Shown in pieces: positions 16,478-26,914 of a stretch of DNA of 38,155 nucleotides (the stretch's first letter is position 1; every line of letters begins with the position of its first letter). The notes under the pieces are model-generated. The model did not search any database. It had not been told where the DNA came from and saw only the letters and a program-made list of their open reading frames with translations. Source of the stretch: a virus (lineage: Duplodnaviria; Caudoviricetes); IMG/VR virus record IMGVR_UViG_3300042673_000041, positions 1-38,155 of that record. One strand, given 5' to 3'. A program made the translations under genes and the position numbers.

Positions 16478-18799
16478 TTATGCTGAGAAACTTGCTCCAG
16501 TTGGTAAGATGTTGAAATCAATTACGATGAATTCAGCCGTCTTAGCAGGTTGTAAGAAAATTTGTCCAGCTAATATGTTTCTATCAATAACATCAGGTGT
16601 GTTGTTACTTTCATCCATTACAACTTTGAATGCGTACAAACCTTGTCTTTGTTGTATGCTCTCTAAGTATGGAGTTGCTGTGTTAATGAATCTTGCTCTA
16701 GTTTGAGTAGTATTTTGTTCGAACACTAAGAAACGAGAAGTAGATGCGATAAACTTCTTAACAGTGATAAGTAATCTTCTTACGTTGATTCTATCTAATG
16801 CTGATGCTTTATCTTGCAATGTCTTCTGTCCAAATGCTACAATACCTTGTCCAGGGAATGCTGCGATTGGGTTTACTTTGTTCTCATATAGAGTATCTCT
16901 CTCCGCATGTGTTAATCTATTCAATACTGAAACTGCTCCAGTAATACCACCTCTATTCAAACCAGCAGGTGCGAACCATTCTGCTGCTAATCTATCGTTA
17001 CTAGCAAATACTGCTGGTAATAGTACTGAAGGTGGTACAGTTACTAATTTGTTTGTATTAGTATCTATTGTCTTAACCCAAGGGTAGTAAGTTGCTGCGT
17101 AGTTTGTATCAACTGCGTTAGCTGCTTCAGTTGCCTCAGTTATTGTATCATCAAAATCGTTGAAATCAGCGATATAAAATGCGTCTTGTCTTTCCTCACA
17201 AATATCAATTGCTTTAGTAGTAATTGCTGGGTGTAATCCTCTTACAATACCAGGAGTTACTAACATATTGATATCATACTCATCAGGATTTGAAATTGCG
17301 TTAAGTGCTTTATTGTATGCTACTGAACCAGAAGATACAGATGTTGCACAATTGAATCCTTGCGTATTTGCATTACTCCAATCAGTATCACCAGCTTTAG
17401 CTATTGTTGTAGTTGGGTTCATACCATCAAATCCATCTTGGAATGCTAATACGAATTGTCTCTTAACCATATCAGTAGATGCAGAACCGGTCATTTGATA
17501 CGTTAAACCATTTGCATCAAATGCAAAAGATACGTTAGAACCAGTTTGAGCTCCTATTGGAAGTGGTTTCAAATATTGTAAGTTATCTAACTTAACACCA
17601 GTAGTTTCAAAATCAAATCCACTATAATAGATTGGAGATGATGATGTATTATTTGCTGAGTTTGTTTGATATACTACCGCTGGTACTAAAAGTGATTCAG
17701 CGTTATTTGTTGCTGTAATTGGGTTTGTATATGCTCCATGTCCGAATGGTGCTGCTGATATTGGGAATGAGCCAGGAGTAGATACTACTACTCTGACATA
17801 TTTTGATTGATTTGTATAATCACCAAATTCAGTAAGTTTACCATTGTTATCAATTGTAAAATATCTATCACCAATTCTTCTAGCTATATAGTTTGGAGAA
17901 GCAGGGTCTAAGTTTACATTATTAAATGTTTCTACAACACTCTTTCTCTTATCAGTATCATCAAATGAACGAATCGTTACAGTAAATGTTGAGTAATCAG
18001 TTCCACCATCTTCACCAGCTGCCTTTACATTTGAAATACCAACTTTAAATTTAGTATTATATGTTGTACCATGTCCAGTTGTTACGAACTTAAATAAATC
18101 ATATCTTTCACCACTAATCAATTGAGATTTAACCATTGGAGTTTCAGCTGCTTGTGCATCGTAAGTAAAGTCCTGTGGAGGTAATACAACAGAAGTTATT
18201 ACAATGTTGTTTCCAGCAGAACCAGTATAGTATCCAGCTGCACTTTCAAAGTAAGAATATGCGTATGCTTTTTTAGCTCCAAATGGAGATTCACCAAATA
18301 CATCTGATAAATCGTTTACAGAAGATGGTAAGATAGATGCTGATACATTTAAATCTGCATGCAATGCTAAGAATGAACCATCATTAACACTATCACTTGC
18401 TACAGTTGCTCCTGCAAATCCAACTTTCTCATCACCTAATTTAGTTGAATGTAATACACCAATTAATTTAGTGCCTACTGATTGAAGGGATGAACCAGAT
18501 GCAAATATTGCTAAAGGTGCTATCTGCTCATAACCACCGATACCACCAACCCTTACGATTGTTGCTGTACCAGCTTCTCTTAAATAGTTTTGTACTGCAT
18601 ATTCAGTATAATAAGTTCCATCAGGTGTTCCGAATATTTCTTCGAATTCTGATTGAGTTCTCACAATAGTTGGGATGAATGCAGGTCCTTGTTTAAAAGG
18701 TCCTATAAATGCTGCCCCAATTTCACCAATTCCTTGCGCTAGGAAGGAAAGGTCATTTTCTCTTGTGAATACGCCAGGTGATACGATTCTTTCTGCCAT
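16478..18799 (-). CDS. contractile tail sheath protein (T4 gp18-like)
   Basis: N-terminal SPGVFTRENDLS; C-terminal YYPW, VPPS, WFAPAGLNRG, VNPI, GQKTLQ...DRINVRRL and FLQPAKTAEFI. Confidence 0.96.
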   Translation of the reverse strand: MAERIVSPGVFTRENDLSFLAQGIGEIGAAFIGPFKQGPAFIPTIVRTQSEFEEIFGTPDGTYYTEYAVQNYLREAGTATIVRVGGIGGYEQIAPLAIFASGSSLQSVGTKLIGVLHSTKLGDEKVGFAGATVASDSVNDGSFLALHADLNVSASILPSSVNDLSDVFGESPFGAKKAYAYSYFESAAGYYTGSAGNNIVITSVVLPPQDFTYDAQAAETPMVKSQLISGERYDLFKFVTTGHGTTYNTKFKVGISNVKAAGEDGGTDYSTFTVTIRSFDDTDKRKSVVETFNNVNLDPASPNYIARRIGDRYFTIDNNGKLTEFGDYTNQSKYVRVVVSTPGSFPISAAPFGHGAYTNPITATNNAESLLVPAVVYQTNSANNTSSSPIYYSGFDFETTGVKLDNLQYLKPLPIGAQTGSNVSFAFDANGLTYQMTGSASTDMVKRQFVLAFQDGFDGMNPTTTIAKAGDTDWSNANTQGFNCATSVSSGSVAYNKALNAISNPDEYDINMLVTPGIVRGLHPAITTKAIDICEERQDAFYIADFNDFDDTITEATEAANAVDTNYAATYYPWVKTIDTNTNKLVTVPPSVLLPAVFASNDRLAAEWFAPAGLNRGGITGAVSVLNRLTHAERDTLYENKVNPIAAFPGQGIVAFGQKTLQDKASALDRINVRRLLITVKKFIASTSRFLVFEQNTTQTRARFINTATPYLESIQQRQGLYAFKVVMDESNNTPDVIDRNILAGQIFLQPAKTAEFIVIDFNILPTGASFSA

Positions 18800-18869
18800 T
18801 TTATTTCTCCGATTTGTGTTTTGAATGTATGTTTGTAAATAGTTACATTAATACTCATATAAATATAAA

Positions 18870-18918
18870 GAAAATGTTCAAAACACAAATTTGTTTATAA
18901 ATCTGCATTTTGAACATT
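18870..18918 (-). terminator. long hairpin (terminator or processing site) between the fibre and sheath units
   Basis: Minus strand AATGTTCAAAATGCAGATTT-ATAAAC-AAATTTGTGTTTTGAACATT forms a 20-bp stem with three G.U pairs, followed by TTCTTT. Confidence 0.65.
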
Positions 18919-18941
18919 GTATATAAAATCGTTTGTAGTAG

Positions 18942-19337
18942 TTACGCCGGTTGAGGGTCTACTCCGTATAAATTACTACCAGATGTAGCCGCCCAAGGTA
19001 AATCAACATCACTAACAGTTACTCTGTTATATTTCTTAACATCTATTTCTTTTGTGATTTGACTGTTAATATGGTCCCAATATGCTTGAGGTCCAGAACC
19101 ACTTACTACATTTTTAACCCAATTTAATACTAATTCTTCGGTTAAATCTCTATAATCTACAAACCCATCACCATTAAGGTCTTGTGGTGTAAATGGAGTT
19201 GCTCCAACAAAAGTTCCTACATTACCATTAGCATCGGTTGCAACTACTTTCCAGTTTGTACCAACTACAACATCGCTTAGAGTATCTGTATTTTGTTTTC
19301 TAAGTCCTACTAAAGACCATTCGTATGTATATCCCAT
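18942..19337 (-). CDS. small tail-fibre-associated protein (131 aa)
   Basis: YTYEW...DVV...W...FVDYRDLTEELVLNWVK...LPW pattern of the small proteins that follow fibre genes; function not known. Confidence 0.65.
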   Translation of the reverse strand: MGYTYEWSLVGLRKQNTDTLSDVVVGTNWKVVATDANGNVGTFVGATPFTPQDLNGDGFVDYRDLTEELVLNWVKNVVSGSGPQAYWDHINSQITKEIDVKKYNRVTVSDVDLPWAATSGSNLYGVDPQPA

Positions 19338-19377
19338 AATTAAATTATTTAATTCTTTTTAATAAATATATAATTTT

Positions 19378-22300
19378 TTATTTTTCTTCTATCAATTTTC
19401 GTAATTCCTTAACTTCAGCTTTTGTTTTATTTAAGTCCTCACTAAGTTCTTTTATAGCTTCTACTAATAGAGGTACTATCTTTTCGTAATCAACAGTCAA
19501 ATAGTTTTCACCAGTTTTAGAACCTTTAATCTCTTTAGTTTCGTTATCTATATCCATATCAAACGGAGCTAGAGTTACAACTTGCGGTAATACTGCTTGA
19601 ACTTGCTGAGCTGATAAACCCACTTGAACTTTCTCATCCGTATATCCAAATGAACGTGCTAAATCATTTTCAATATAGTAGAATCCATTAAGTTGATTCA
19701 CTTTATCTAATGGATTTTCAATTGGTCCTAAATTAGTTTTCAATCTTTCATCTGAGTAATAAGCGATGATGTTATTTTGAGAGAAAATCCAGCTATATGA
19801 ATAAACGTTATCATGTATAGCATAGTTTATACGAGATGTACCATTCGGGTCAGAATAATATCCAGTATTATCTCTATCATAAATAAAGTTTGTTCTTATT
19901 TCATACAAATAAGTTCTATTACCATTATAGTGATTGATATAAGTTTCATATCCATCTCTACAATCCATATGTAGGTTACCATTGGTTGTTTCAACGGATG
20001 CCCAACCATCTACTCTACCATTACATCCACTTCTAAAATATGCTCCCCAAGATGGGTTAGGTCCATGTAACGCACCACCTCTAATTCTTAATGCATCATT
20101 TGAAGTTGTATTTTGGTCTAAATAATATCCCGTATCGTTTGAATCGTAGAATATTGGGGCTCTTGAAGAACCACCTACTTCCGTATATCCATCGTAATAA
20201 GAACCCCAACTAGTAGTTACAATTCTACGGTTTCCAGCCCAATAAAGGTTTAGTTCGGCTCCACTCATATACCAAATCCAACCTCTAGCAGTATCATGTA
20301 CACCACAGTTATCACCCGTTGTACTCATAAAACAGTATCTACTACTAATAGCGTATCCATACCATCCATTTCTACCACCACCATAAGTTGATGTGTGACC
20401 ATAAGGACTACCCTCACAAAATACACTCCAAATACCCTGTCCATATGATTCAAAATACAATCCACAACATCCTTGAGGTCTAAACCAGTTGTTTGCCCAT
20501 ACAGCTGACATTTGTGAATATCCATTGGGGTTTGTGTAATATCCGGTATCGTTGGAATCGTAGAATATAGGTGCTCTGAACGATTCAGCTGCTTCTATAT
20601 AAGTTGTACCCCAACCAATACTTCTGCCCATTAATATTCTTCCACCAGAGTATATGAATACAGATTCAACCGAAGTTCCACTATCATGTATTGAAAACTC
20701 CCATTCATCTGCACAGTTTGCTAATATACCAGTTGTAATACTACCCGCCCAACTACCATTATTAAAGTTATAGTTGTATGATGTACTACCAATTTGAAGT
20801 ACGCCAGGATATCCGTGATTATAGTTATTTGTACCAACGCATAAATTAACAATATACGATTGACCGGTTGGGTCCATATATCTACCAGTATCATTTTGGT
20901 CATAAAATATTGGTGCTCTAGAACTACCATTTGAATATGAGTTACCACCTCTATCAACATAGAAATCCGTAGTACCCCAAGAACCATTTCTATGGCCGTG
21001 GTCGTGATTAATTCTAAAATAAGAAGAATCTGCGTAACCAAATCCACAAGACCAAGTATTACTATCAAATCCATTAGAGAATAAGATTGATGGTCTATCC
21101 GTACCAGGAGAACCATTAACTCTAAATTCACCAACAATACCCCAAGAGTTATCACCCTGATTATTTGCAAATTGAACTGCTCTACTATTTGGAGATGTAC
21201 TTAATTTTGTAAATGTTGCAACTAAACCACTATTATATAAATTACTAAATCCATTAGGGTCTAAGTATGTACCCGTATCATTGAAATCGTAAATAAATCC
21301 AGTTCTAAATTGTCCATTGTAAAATTGTCCAGACAATCCGTTGCCTTCAGTATATATGTCCAATCCAGCACCAGCCATATAAAATCTACCATTATATCCA
21401 GTCAATGGTGACATCCACATGTAAGTGGCGTTGTTATTAGATTGGATTTGAACTGCGGAAGTCCAAGCACCAGGATAAGTACCAAAGTTTATTTCACCTT
21501 GAGATTCATCATGTACCGTCAATGCTCTAGTTCCAGAAGAACTTCCACTACTTCTAACTTTAAAATATCTTACATATGAATAATCCGTAGGGTCTATTCT
21601 AAAACCAGTATTATCGGAATCATAAAATATAGGTGCTCTAAGGCTTGATTCAAATTGAGAATATGAACGTGTTATTCTAGCTACAATATCATAATTACCA
21701 GTAGCCGCAGTTTGAAAAAACCATCCAGTATCATCATTTCCTTCAGCGTATTCTACTAATGATGTTCTATGATAACCAGTATAAGTAGGAGATGTTGTGT
21801 TGCCAGTTACCCTACCTCTAATCATTATAAAATGGTTATTATTGTCATAGCCTTTATATTGAGTGTATCCGGTGCTGGTATAATTACTTGCTACATAATA
21901 CGAACCTCGTATAGAACCCGCCGTATTTAATGAAGTACCAGTACTTGATGGGTCTAAATAATATCCAGTACTTGTTAATTCTCTAAATATAGGTGCATCT
22001 AAAGTACCAGTATTTGAATCAGGTGTTATATACACATTCTGATTCGTCATTCTTATTGTTGTAAAATTGGTACTACCCTCCGCACCAGTGTTTAAATCAA
22101 TTCGTTTTGATGTACCTCTATTGGCAATAATTATTTTACCAGTACCATCATGATTCCAGCTAAATCCATCAGCGGTATATGCTGCATATGTACCAAATGA
22201 TTGTGTAGTTCCACCCAATCCAAAAAATCCTTTATGTGAACCATTCTCTTGGAAATCAACTAAACCATATGCACCAGAATCGTTTAGATTGAGTTTTAAA

Positions 22301-25300
22301 TTTTGACCTGTATTATAATTGTTTCTAATAGTTGTAGAACCAAATGTAGTTAATTCATTTAAAACAGATGAACCATCTCCGTTAAATCTATATGTAGTAT
22401 CAGCGGAATCGTAATATATAGTTGCATACATACCACCTTGTGCTCTTACATCACCATTAGCATACATTCTAAATATTTCACTCTTTCCATTTACTGTTTC
22501 AGAACTGCCGGCTTGGAATATATGGTCTGTGTAAGTACCATATATCATATAATCTCCGTTTGTTCCATTGTTAGCTCCACTACCTACATATGTTCTAAAT
22601 GCGATATAACCTCCAACATTATTATCAGTAAATAAAATACCACCATAAGTTCCAGTATCAGCTTGATTTCTAAATTCTAAATAGTTATTACTATTTGTAT
22701 TTTGAAGTCTAAGAACAGAATCTGCGTTAAATGCTCTTACACCAGATGGAGTACCATTACTCTTAACCGTTATAGTATCAGTTGAATTTAATCCAGCAAA
22801 TGTAGGTGCATCAGTAGTTCTTACATACTGATTCATATTATAAGCGTAAATTTGGTCAACACTATTTAATATTTGTTGCCAAGAAGCCCATGCTGATGAT
22901 GATGTTCCCAATCTACTCCATATTCTACCATTTGCAGTATATGCTATTTGTATTGGATATCCTCCACTTAAATCAGTACTACTACCATAACTTCGCCAAA
23001 ACATTTGTCCGTTATATGTACCACCATCACTTAATCCGTTTACACTATTTGTTTTAAAATCAAAATAAACTCCAGCATTTTTACTTGAAGGAGTATCGTT
23101 TACATTTCTAGTATCATTTGAATCAACAGCTTCTGCTCTATCAGCAGTACCAGTTAAGTTTGAAGTTACGTTTGCAAATGTTACCGAATCGGTTGTACGA
23201 ACATTCTGATTCATTAAGTAAACTTCAGTTGCACCTTGTCCCGTATCAACAGTTCCACTAAGAACTACGTTACCAGCTACATACAATCCATCTTCAGCAT
23301 ACCATCTATCATTTGCTTCTTCCCAATAAAATGCTTTTGTTGCTGCATTACCTCTCTTAACTTCTATACCAGCATTTTCAGTTGGTGCGGTTGATGCTCC
23401 AATATCTGCATTTAATGTGATGATATTATCACCTACATTTAAAGTTGTTGTATTAATATATGTTGTTGTACCACTTACAGTAAGGTCACCACTAATTGTA
23501 GCGTTACCAGTTACTGCCAATGTAGTACCATCGAATCTTAAATTTGCTTCAACGGTTGCATTTGGTGCAGTTCCGTTTAATGTGATTACACCATTATCAG
23601 TTGTACCAGTTAATGATAATAATCCAGAAGTTCCTGATGAACCAGATGTTCCAGAAGTTCCTGATGTTCCAGATGTACCTGATGTTCCTGATGTCCCAGA
23701 TGTACCTCTTGTTCCGGATGTGCCAGATGTTCCAGAAGTTCCCGATGTGCCAGAAGTTCCGGATGTACCTCTAGTTCCAGATGTTCCCGATGTGCCAGAT
23801 GTTCCAGAAGTTCCTGATGTGCCAGATGTTCCATCACTACCATTAACCCCAGATGTACCAGATGTTCCGGATGTACCAGAAGTTCCTGAAGTTCCACTGC
23901 TTCCCGATGTGCCTGATGTTCCACTTGTACCAGAAGTTCCCGATGTTCCAGAAGTTCCACGTGTACCGGATGTACCTGATGTTCCAGAAGTTCCAGATGT
24001 TCCTGATATCCCAGATGTTCCCGATGTTCCAGAAGTACCAGAAGTTCCCGATGTACCTGATGTGCCAGATGTTCCCGAACTTCCACTAATTCCAGATGTG
24101 CCACTTGTGCCAGATGTTCCACTTGTGCCAGATGTACCGCTACTACCATTTATTCCAGATGTGCCAGATGTACCGCTACTACCATTTATTCCCGATGTAC
24201 CTGACGTTCCGGATGTACCTCTTGTTCCTGATGTTCCAGATGTACCCGATGTACCACTACTACCTATACCAGATGTACCACTTGTGCCAGATGTTCCAGA
24301 TGTACCCGATGTTCCAGATGTGCCAGATGTACCACTTGTTCCACTACTTCCATTGATTCCAGATGTTCCAGATGTACCTGAAGTCCCAGAAGAACCACCC
24401 GTACCACTTACTCCAGATGTTCCAGAAGTTCCCGATGTACCACGCGTTCCAGATGTCCCAGATGTACCCGATGTGCCAGATGTACCGCTTGTACCAGAAG
24501 TTCCAGCCGTACCACTCACACCACCAGCTCCACTAATTCCCGATGTTCCAGATGTTCCTGATGTGCCTGATGTACCAGATGTTCCTGAAGACCCAGATGT
24601 TCCAGAAGAACCAGAAGTTCCAGATGTACCTCCTGCACCACCCGCACCGGTTACACCACTTGTACCAGATGTACCAGATGTTCCTGATGTACCTGATGTA
24701 CCTGCCGTTCCACTTATTCCAGAAGTTCCCGATGTACCATTCGTTCCACTTAATCCCGATGTTCCAGATGTCCCTGTCAATCCGGATGTACCACTTGTAC
24801 CTGTTAATCCAGATGTTCCAGATGTTCCCGATGTACCACTACTTCCAGAAGTTCCAGATGTACCAGAAGTTCCAGATGACCCAGATGTTCCAGATGAACC
24901 ACTCACACCAGATGTTCCCGATGTGCCAGATGTTCCAGAAGTTCCCGATGTGCCAGAAGTTCCTGATGTACCTCTAGTTCCAGATGTTCCTGATGTACCG
25001 CTTGTACCAGATGTGCCAGATGTTCCAGAAGTTCCTGAAGTTCCAGATGTGCCAGAAGTTCCTGATGTACCGCTTGTACCAGAAGAACCACTCGTACCAC
25101 TACTTCCAGAAGTTCCTGAAGTGCCAGAAGTTCCTGAAGTGCCAGAAGTTCCTGAAGTGCCAGATGTACCAGAAGTTCCAGAAGTTCCAGAAGTTCCAGA
25201 TGTTCCAGATGATGCTGCTGAAGTTTTAATGCCAATCCTACCAGTTGTTACATTATAAACTAAAACTTCTTCAGTTGTTATATCTTGCCTTAAAGAACCT

Positions 25301-25785
25301 GTTCCAAAAAATAATGAACCAGTTATATTTACACTACCAGTAAATTCTTGCTTATCATTTTGTGCATCACCAAATTTAGATGAACCACTTGCGTAGATTA
25401 TTGATGATGATATATAAGTTACTTTTAATTCGGTTGCATTTATTGTACCTGCTACTGTTAAATCGGTATTTACTACTAAACCTTTATTTGGAGAAATTAT
25501 TGCTGTTGCTGAACCTGACTTTATCCTATCTAAATCACCAATTGCTGCGGCATTAATATTAAACAATCCACTACCATCACCATTAAACAATGATGCGGTA
25601 ATAGAACCACTAATTTTTGTATTAGCCGTTATTTCAAGTGTTGTATTGGAAAATGTACCAACCTTATCAATCTGAATTCCAGATGCAGATGAAAAGTTAG
25701 CTATTCTACTTCCACTTACAAACAAAGAAACTAAACTTGCGCTTAGTTGATTTAAACCATTAGGATTATTACCTAAATTCTGCAT
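19378..25785 (-). CDS. long tail fibre (2135 aa) with a (Gly-Thr-Ser)n tract, modular distal region and C-terminal intramolecular chaperone (peptidase S74)
   Basis: C-terminal YYSDERLK...GLSAQQVQAVLPQVV...YLTVDYEKIVPLLVEAIKEL plus coiled coil is the S74 autochaperone signature; eight APIFYD-type repeats. Confidence 0.9.
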   Translation of the reverse strand: MQNLGNNPNGLNQLSASLVSLFVSGSRIANFSSASGIQIDKVGTFSNTTLEITANTKISGSITASLFNGDGSGLFNINAAAIGDLDRIKSGSATAIISPNKGLVVNTDLTVAGTINATELKVTYISSSIIYASGSSKFGDAQNDKQEFTGSVNITGSLFFGTGSLRQDITTEEVLVYNVTTGRIGIKTSAASSGTSGTSGTSGTSGTSGTSGTSGTSGTSGTSGTSGSSGTSGSSGTSGTSGTSGTSGTSGTSGTSGTSGTSGTSGTSGTRGTSGTSGTSGTSGTSGTSGTSGVSGSSGTSGSSGTSGTSGTSGSSGTSGTSGTSGLTGTSGTSGLTGTSGTSGLSGTNGTSGTSGISGTAGTSGTSGTSGTSGTSGVTGAGGAGGTSGTSGSSGTSGSSGTSGTSGTSGTSGTSGISGAGGVSGTAGTSGTSGTSGTSGTSGTSGTRGTSGTSGTSGVSGTGGSSGTSGTSGTSGINGSSGTSGTSGTSGTSGTSGTSGTSGTSGIGSSGTSGTSGTSGTRGTSGTSGTSGINGSSGTSGTSGINGSSGTSGTSGTSGTSGTSGISGSSGTSGTSGTSGTSGTSGTSGTSGISGTSGTSGTSGTSGTRGTSGTSGTSGTSGTSGTSGSSGTSGTSGTSGTSGTSGVNGSDGTSGTSGTSGTSGTSGTSGTRGTSGTSGTSGTSGTSGTSGTRGTSGTSGTSGTSGTSGTSGTSGSSGTSGLLSLTGTTDNGVITLNGTAPNATVEANLRFDGTTLAVTGNATISGDLTVSGTTTYINTTTLNVGDNIITLNADIGASTAPTENAGIEVKRGNAATKAFYWEEANDRWYAEDGLYVAGNVVLSGTVDTGQGATEVYLMNQNVRTTDSVTFANVTSNLTGTADRAEAVDSNDTRNVNDTPSSKNAGVYFDFKTNSVNGLSDGGTYNGQMFWRSYGSSTDLSGGYPIQIAYTANGRIWSRLGTSSSAWASWQQILNSVDQIYAYNMNQYVRTTDAPTFAGLNSTDTITVKSNGTPSGVRAFNADSVLRLQNTNSNNYLEFRNQADTGTYGGILFTDNNVGGYIAFRTYVGSGANNGTNGDYMIYGTYTDHIFQAGSSETVNGKSEIFRMYANGDVRAQGGMYATIYYDSADTTYRFNGDGSSVLNELTTFGSTTIRNNYNTGQNLKLNLNDSGAYGLVDFQENGSHKGFFGLGGTTQSFGTYAAYTADGFSWNHDGTGKIIIANRGTSKRIDLNTGAEGSTNFTTIRMTNQNVYITPDSNTGTLDAPIFRELTSTGYYLDPSSTGTSLNTAGSIRGSYYVASNYTSTGYTQYKGYDNNNHFIMIRGRVTGNTTSPTYTGYHRTSLVEYAEGNDDTGWFFQTAATGNYDIVARITRSYSQFESSLRAPIFYDSDNTGFRIDPTDYSYVRYFKVRSSGSSSGTRALTVHDESQGEINFGTYPGAWTSAVQIQSNNNATYMWMSPLTGYNGRFYMAGAGLDIYTEGNGLSGQFYNGQFRTGFIYDFNDTGTYLDPNGFSNLYNSGLVATFTKLSTSPNSRAVQFANNQGDNSWGIVGEFRVNGSPGTDRPSILFSNGFDSNTWSCGFGYADSSYFRINHDHGHRNGSWGTTDFYVDRGGNSYSNGSSRAPIFYDQNDTGRYMDPTGQSYIVNLCVGTNNYNHGYPGVLQIGSTSYNYNFNNGSWAGSITTGILANCADEWEFSIHDSGTSVESVFIYSGGRILMGRSIGWGTTYIEAAESFRAPIFYDSNDTGYYTNPNGYSQMSAVWANNWFRPQGCCGLYFESYGQGIWSVFCEGSPYGHTSTYGGGRNGWYGYAISSRYCFMSTTGDNCGVHDTARGWIWYMSGAELNLYWAGNRRIVTTSWGSYYDGYTEVGGSSRAPIFYDSNDTGYYLDQNTTSNDALRIRGGALHGPNPSWGAYFRSGCNGRVDGWASVETTNGNLHMDCRDGYETYINHYNGNRTYLYEIRTNFIYDRDNTGYYSDPNGTSRINYAIHDNVYSYSWIFSQNNIIAYYSDERLKTNLGPIENPLDKVNQLNGFYYIENDLARSFGYTDEKVQVGLSAQQVQAVLPQVVTLAPFDMDIDNETKEIKGSKTGENYLTVDYEKIVPLLVEAIKELSEDLNKTKAEVKELRKLIEEK
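23624..25213 (-). repeat. coding Gly-X-Y triplet tract, about 530 aa, mostly GTS
   Basis: Degenerate 9-bp periodicity (ccagatgtt/ccagaagtt on the + strand). Confidence 0.95.
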
Positions 25786-25796
25786 TATCTAAAACT

Positions 25797-26129
25797 TTAT
25801 GTTATTTCCAAAACCGAAACAATTACATCTGCTGAATTTGCTAAAGATGATGTCACCGATAGAAAATCCGTAGATTCTAAAACCAATTTTTGCTCACCAC
25901 CTACTAAAACAGATGCACCGCCAGGAACAATTAAAGCGTTCTTAACTAAATGTACAGCTTTAGCTGTTGAAGTATCATGTATCATTACACTAACTGAAAT
26001 GTTTTGTGTATTAACATTAGCTACACTAACTCCTATAACTGTTGTTGATGTTGCCGATGGTGCTTGATATACATTAACACCGGTTGTTCCTACTAAACTT
26101 GTTATACTATTTTTAAATGTATTTGCCAT
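25797..26129 (-). CDS. putative small virion structural protein (110 aa, beta-rich)
   Basis: Clean ORF (MANTFKNS...KLVLESTD...DVIVSVLEIT) within the fibre cluster. Confidence 0.7.
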   Translation of the reverse strand: MANTFKNSITSLVGTTGVNVYQAPSATSTTVIGVSVANVNTQNISVSVMIHDTSTAKAVHLVKNALIVPGGASVLVGGEQKLVLESTDFLSVTSSLANSADVIVSVLEIT

Positions 26130-26142
26130 TTCTTTTTTATTT

Positions 26143-26421
26143 TTATCCTAATGCTATTGCAAATGCTATAGCTGAATCTAATACGTTTACCCCATCTACT
26201 AAATATCCACCTTGTGTCAAATAAATAGACCCAGACATAATTTGCGAACCACTTACATATAATCTTTGATTTACATCAAGGTAATCAAAAGATGCTTGTG
26301 ACACATTGATTGTACCTTTAAATGAACCAGTAAATGAACCAGTAAATGAACCACTTAAATTTGCGTACGCATTTGAAGCTTGTGAAATTGAGCCTGAAAA
26401 TATGGGACTGTGTATTACCAT
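26143..26421 (-). CDS. short fibre-like protein (92 aa)
   Basis: Shares SGSFTGSF.G and VSGS motifs with the giant fibres; ends AIAFAIALG; TATTTATA motif at 26448-26455. Confidence 0.7.
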   Translation of the reverse strand: MVIHSPIFSGSISQASNAYANLSGSFTGSFTGSFKGTINVSQASFDYLDVNQRLYVSGSQIMSGSIYLTQGGYLVDGVNVLDSAIAFAIALG

Positions 26422-26469
26422 CTATATTTATCTACGTTTGTTATGTGTATAAATATAAAAAATTTCCTT

Positions 26470-26913
26470 TTAAGGTTTCACAGGCCAATTAATAGAAAAA
26501 GGATTGGGTTGGGATGTAATATCTCTTAATTGTGTTCTATATGATGTCCACAATTCTTTTGTTTCGGTTGGAATATCAGCTAATTGAGTCCAATCACACT
26601 CTGTTAATAATTGATTTCGTATTTCTCTGACTTCTACCCATTGATTTTCCAATCTATAATCAATTTCACTTTGAGATGCGTTGGTTTGAATCCAATTTTG
26701 ATAATATATACCATCAATTAAATTAGGAGTTCCTTCTGAAATATTTTTTGTGTAATCAATTGGTTTTGGCGTTGGAGTAACAACGTACATATCCCATTCT
26801 ACCAATGATATATCCGTTAATTCCGCTGGTAAACTTACATTAGGATATCCTTCTCTTAATTGAGAAATACTATATGGATAATTTATTGTTTCATCTATAA
26901 TTCGTAAATACAT
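26470..26913 (-). CDS. tail fibre assembly chaperone-like protein (147 aa)
   Basis: C-terminal WVEVREIRNQLLTECDWTQLAD...WTSYRTQLRDITSQ...INWPVKP, the typical phage tail assembly chaperone domain. Confidence 0.85.
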   Translation of the reverse strand: MYLRIIDETINYPYSISQLREGYPNVSLPAELTDISLVEWDMYVVTPTPKPIDYTKNISEGTPNLIDGIYYQNWIQTNASQSEIDYRLENQWVEVREIRNQLLTECDWTQLADIPTETKELWTSYRTQLRDITSQPNPFSINWPVKP

Positions 26914-26914
26914 A

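Noticed and set aside
580-17498. Short plus-strand ORFs in the track (60-112 aa)
   Set aside because: All lie antisense to well-supported minus-strand genes and show no recognisable motifs.
7329-18799. Bacterial contractile injection system (eCIS or tailocin) rather than phage
   Set aside because: T4-like sheath, tube and chaperone, S74 fibre, polymerase, tmRNA and a phage-type upstream motif, with no bacterial housekeeping genes, fit a large phage genome better.
23417-25258. 613-aa plus-strand ORF of VPDVPE repeats
   Set aside because: Antisense shadow of the GTS tract, which happens to lack stops in this frame; it opposes the uniform minus-strand layout and has no expression signals.
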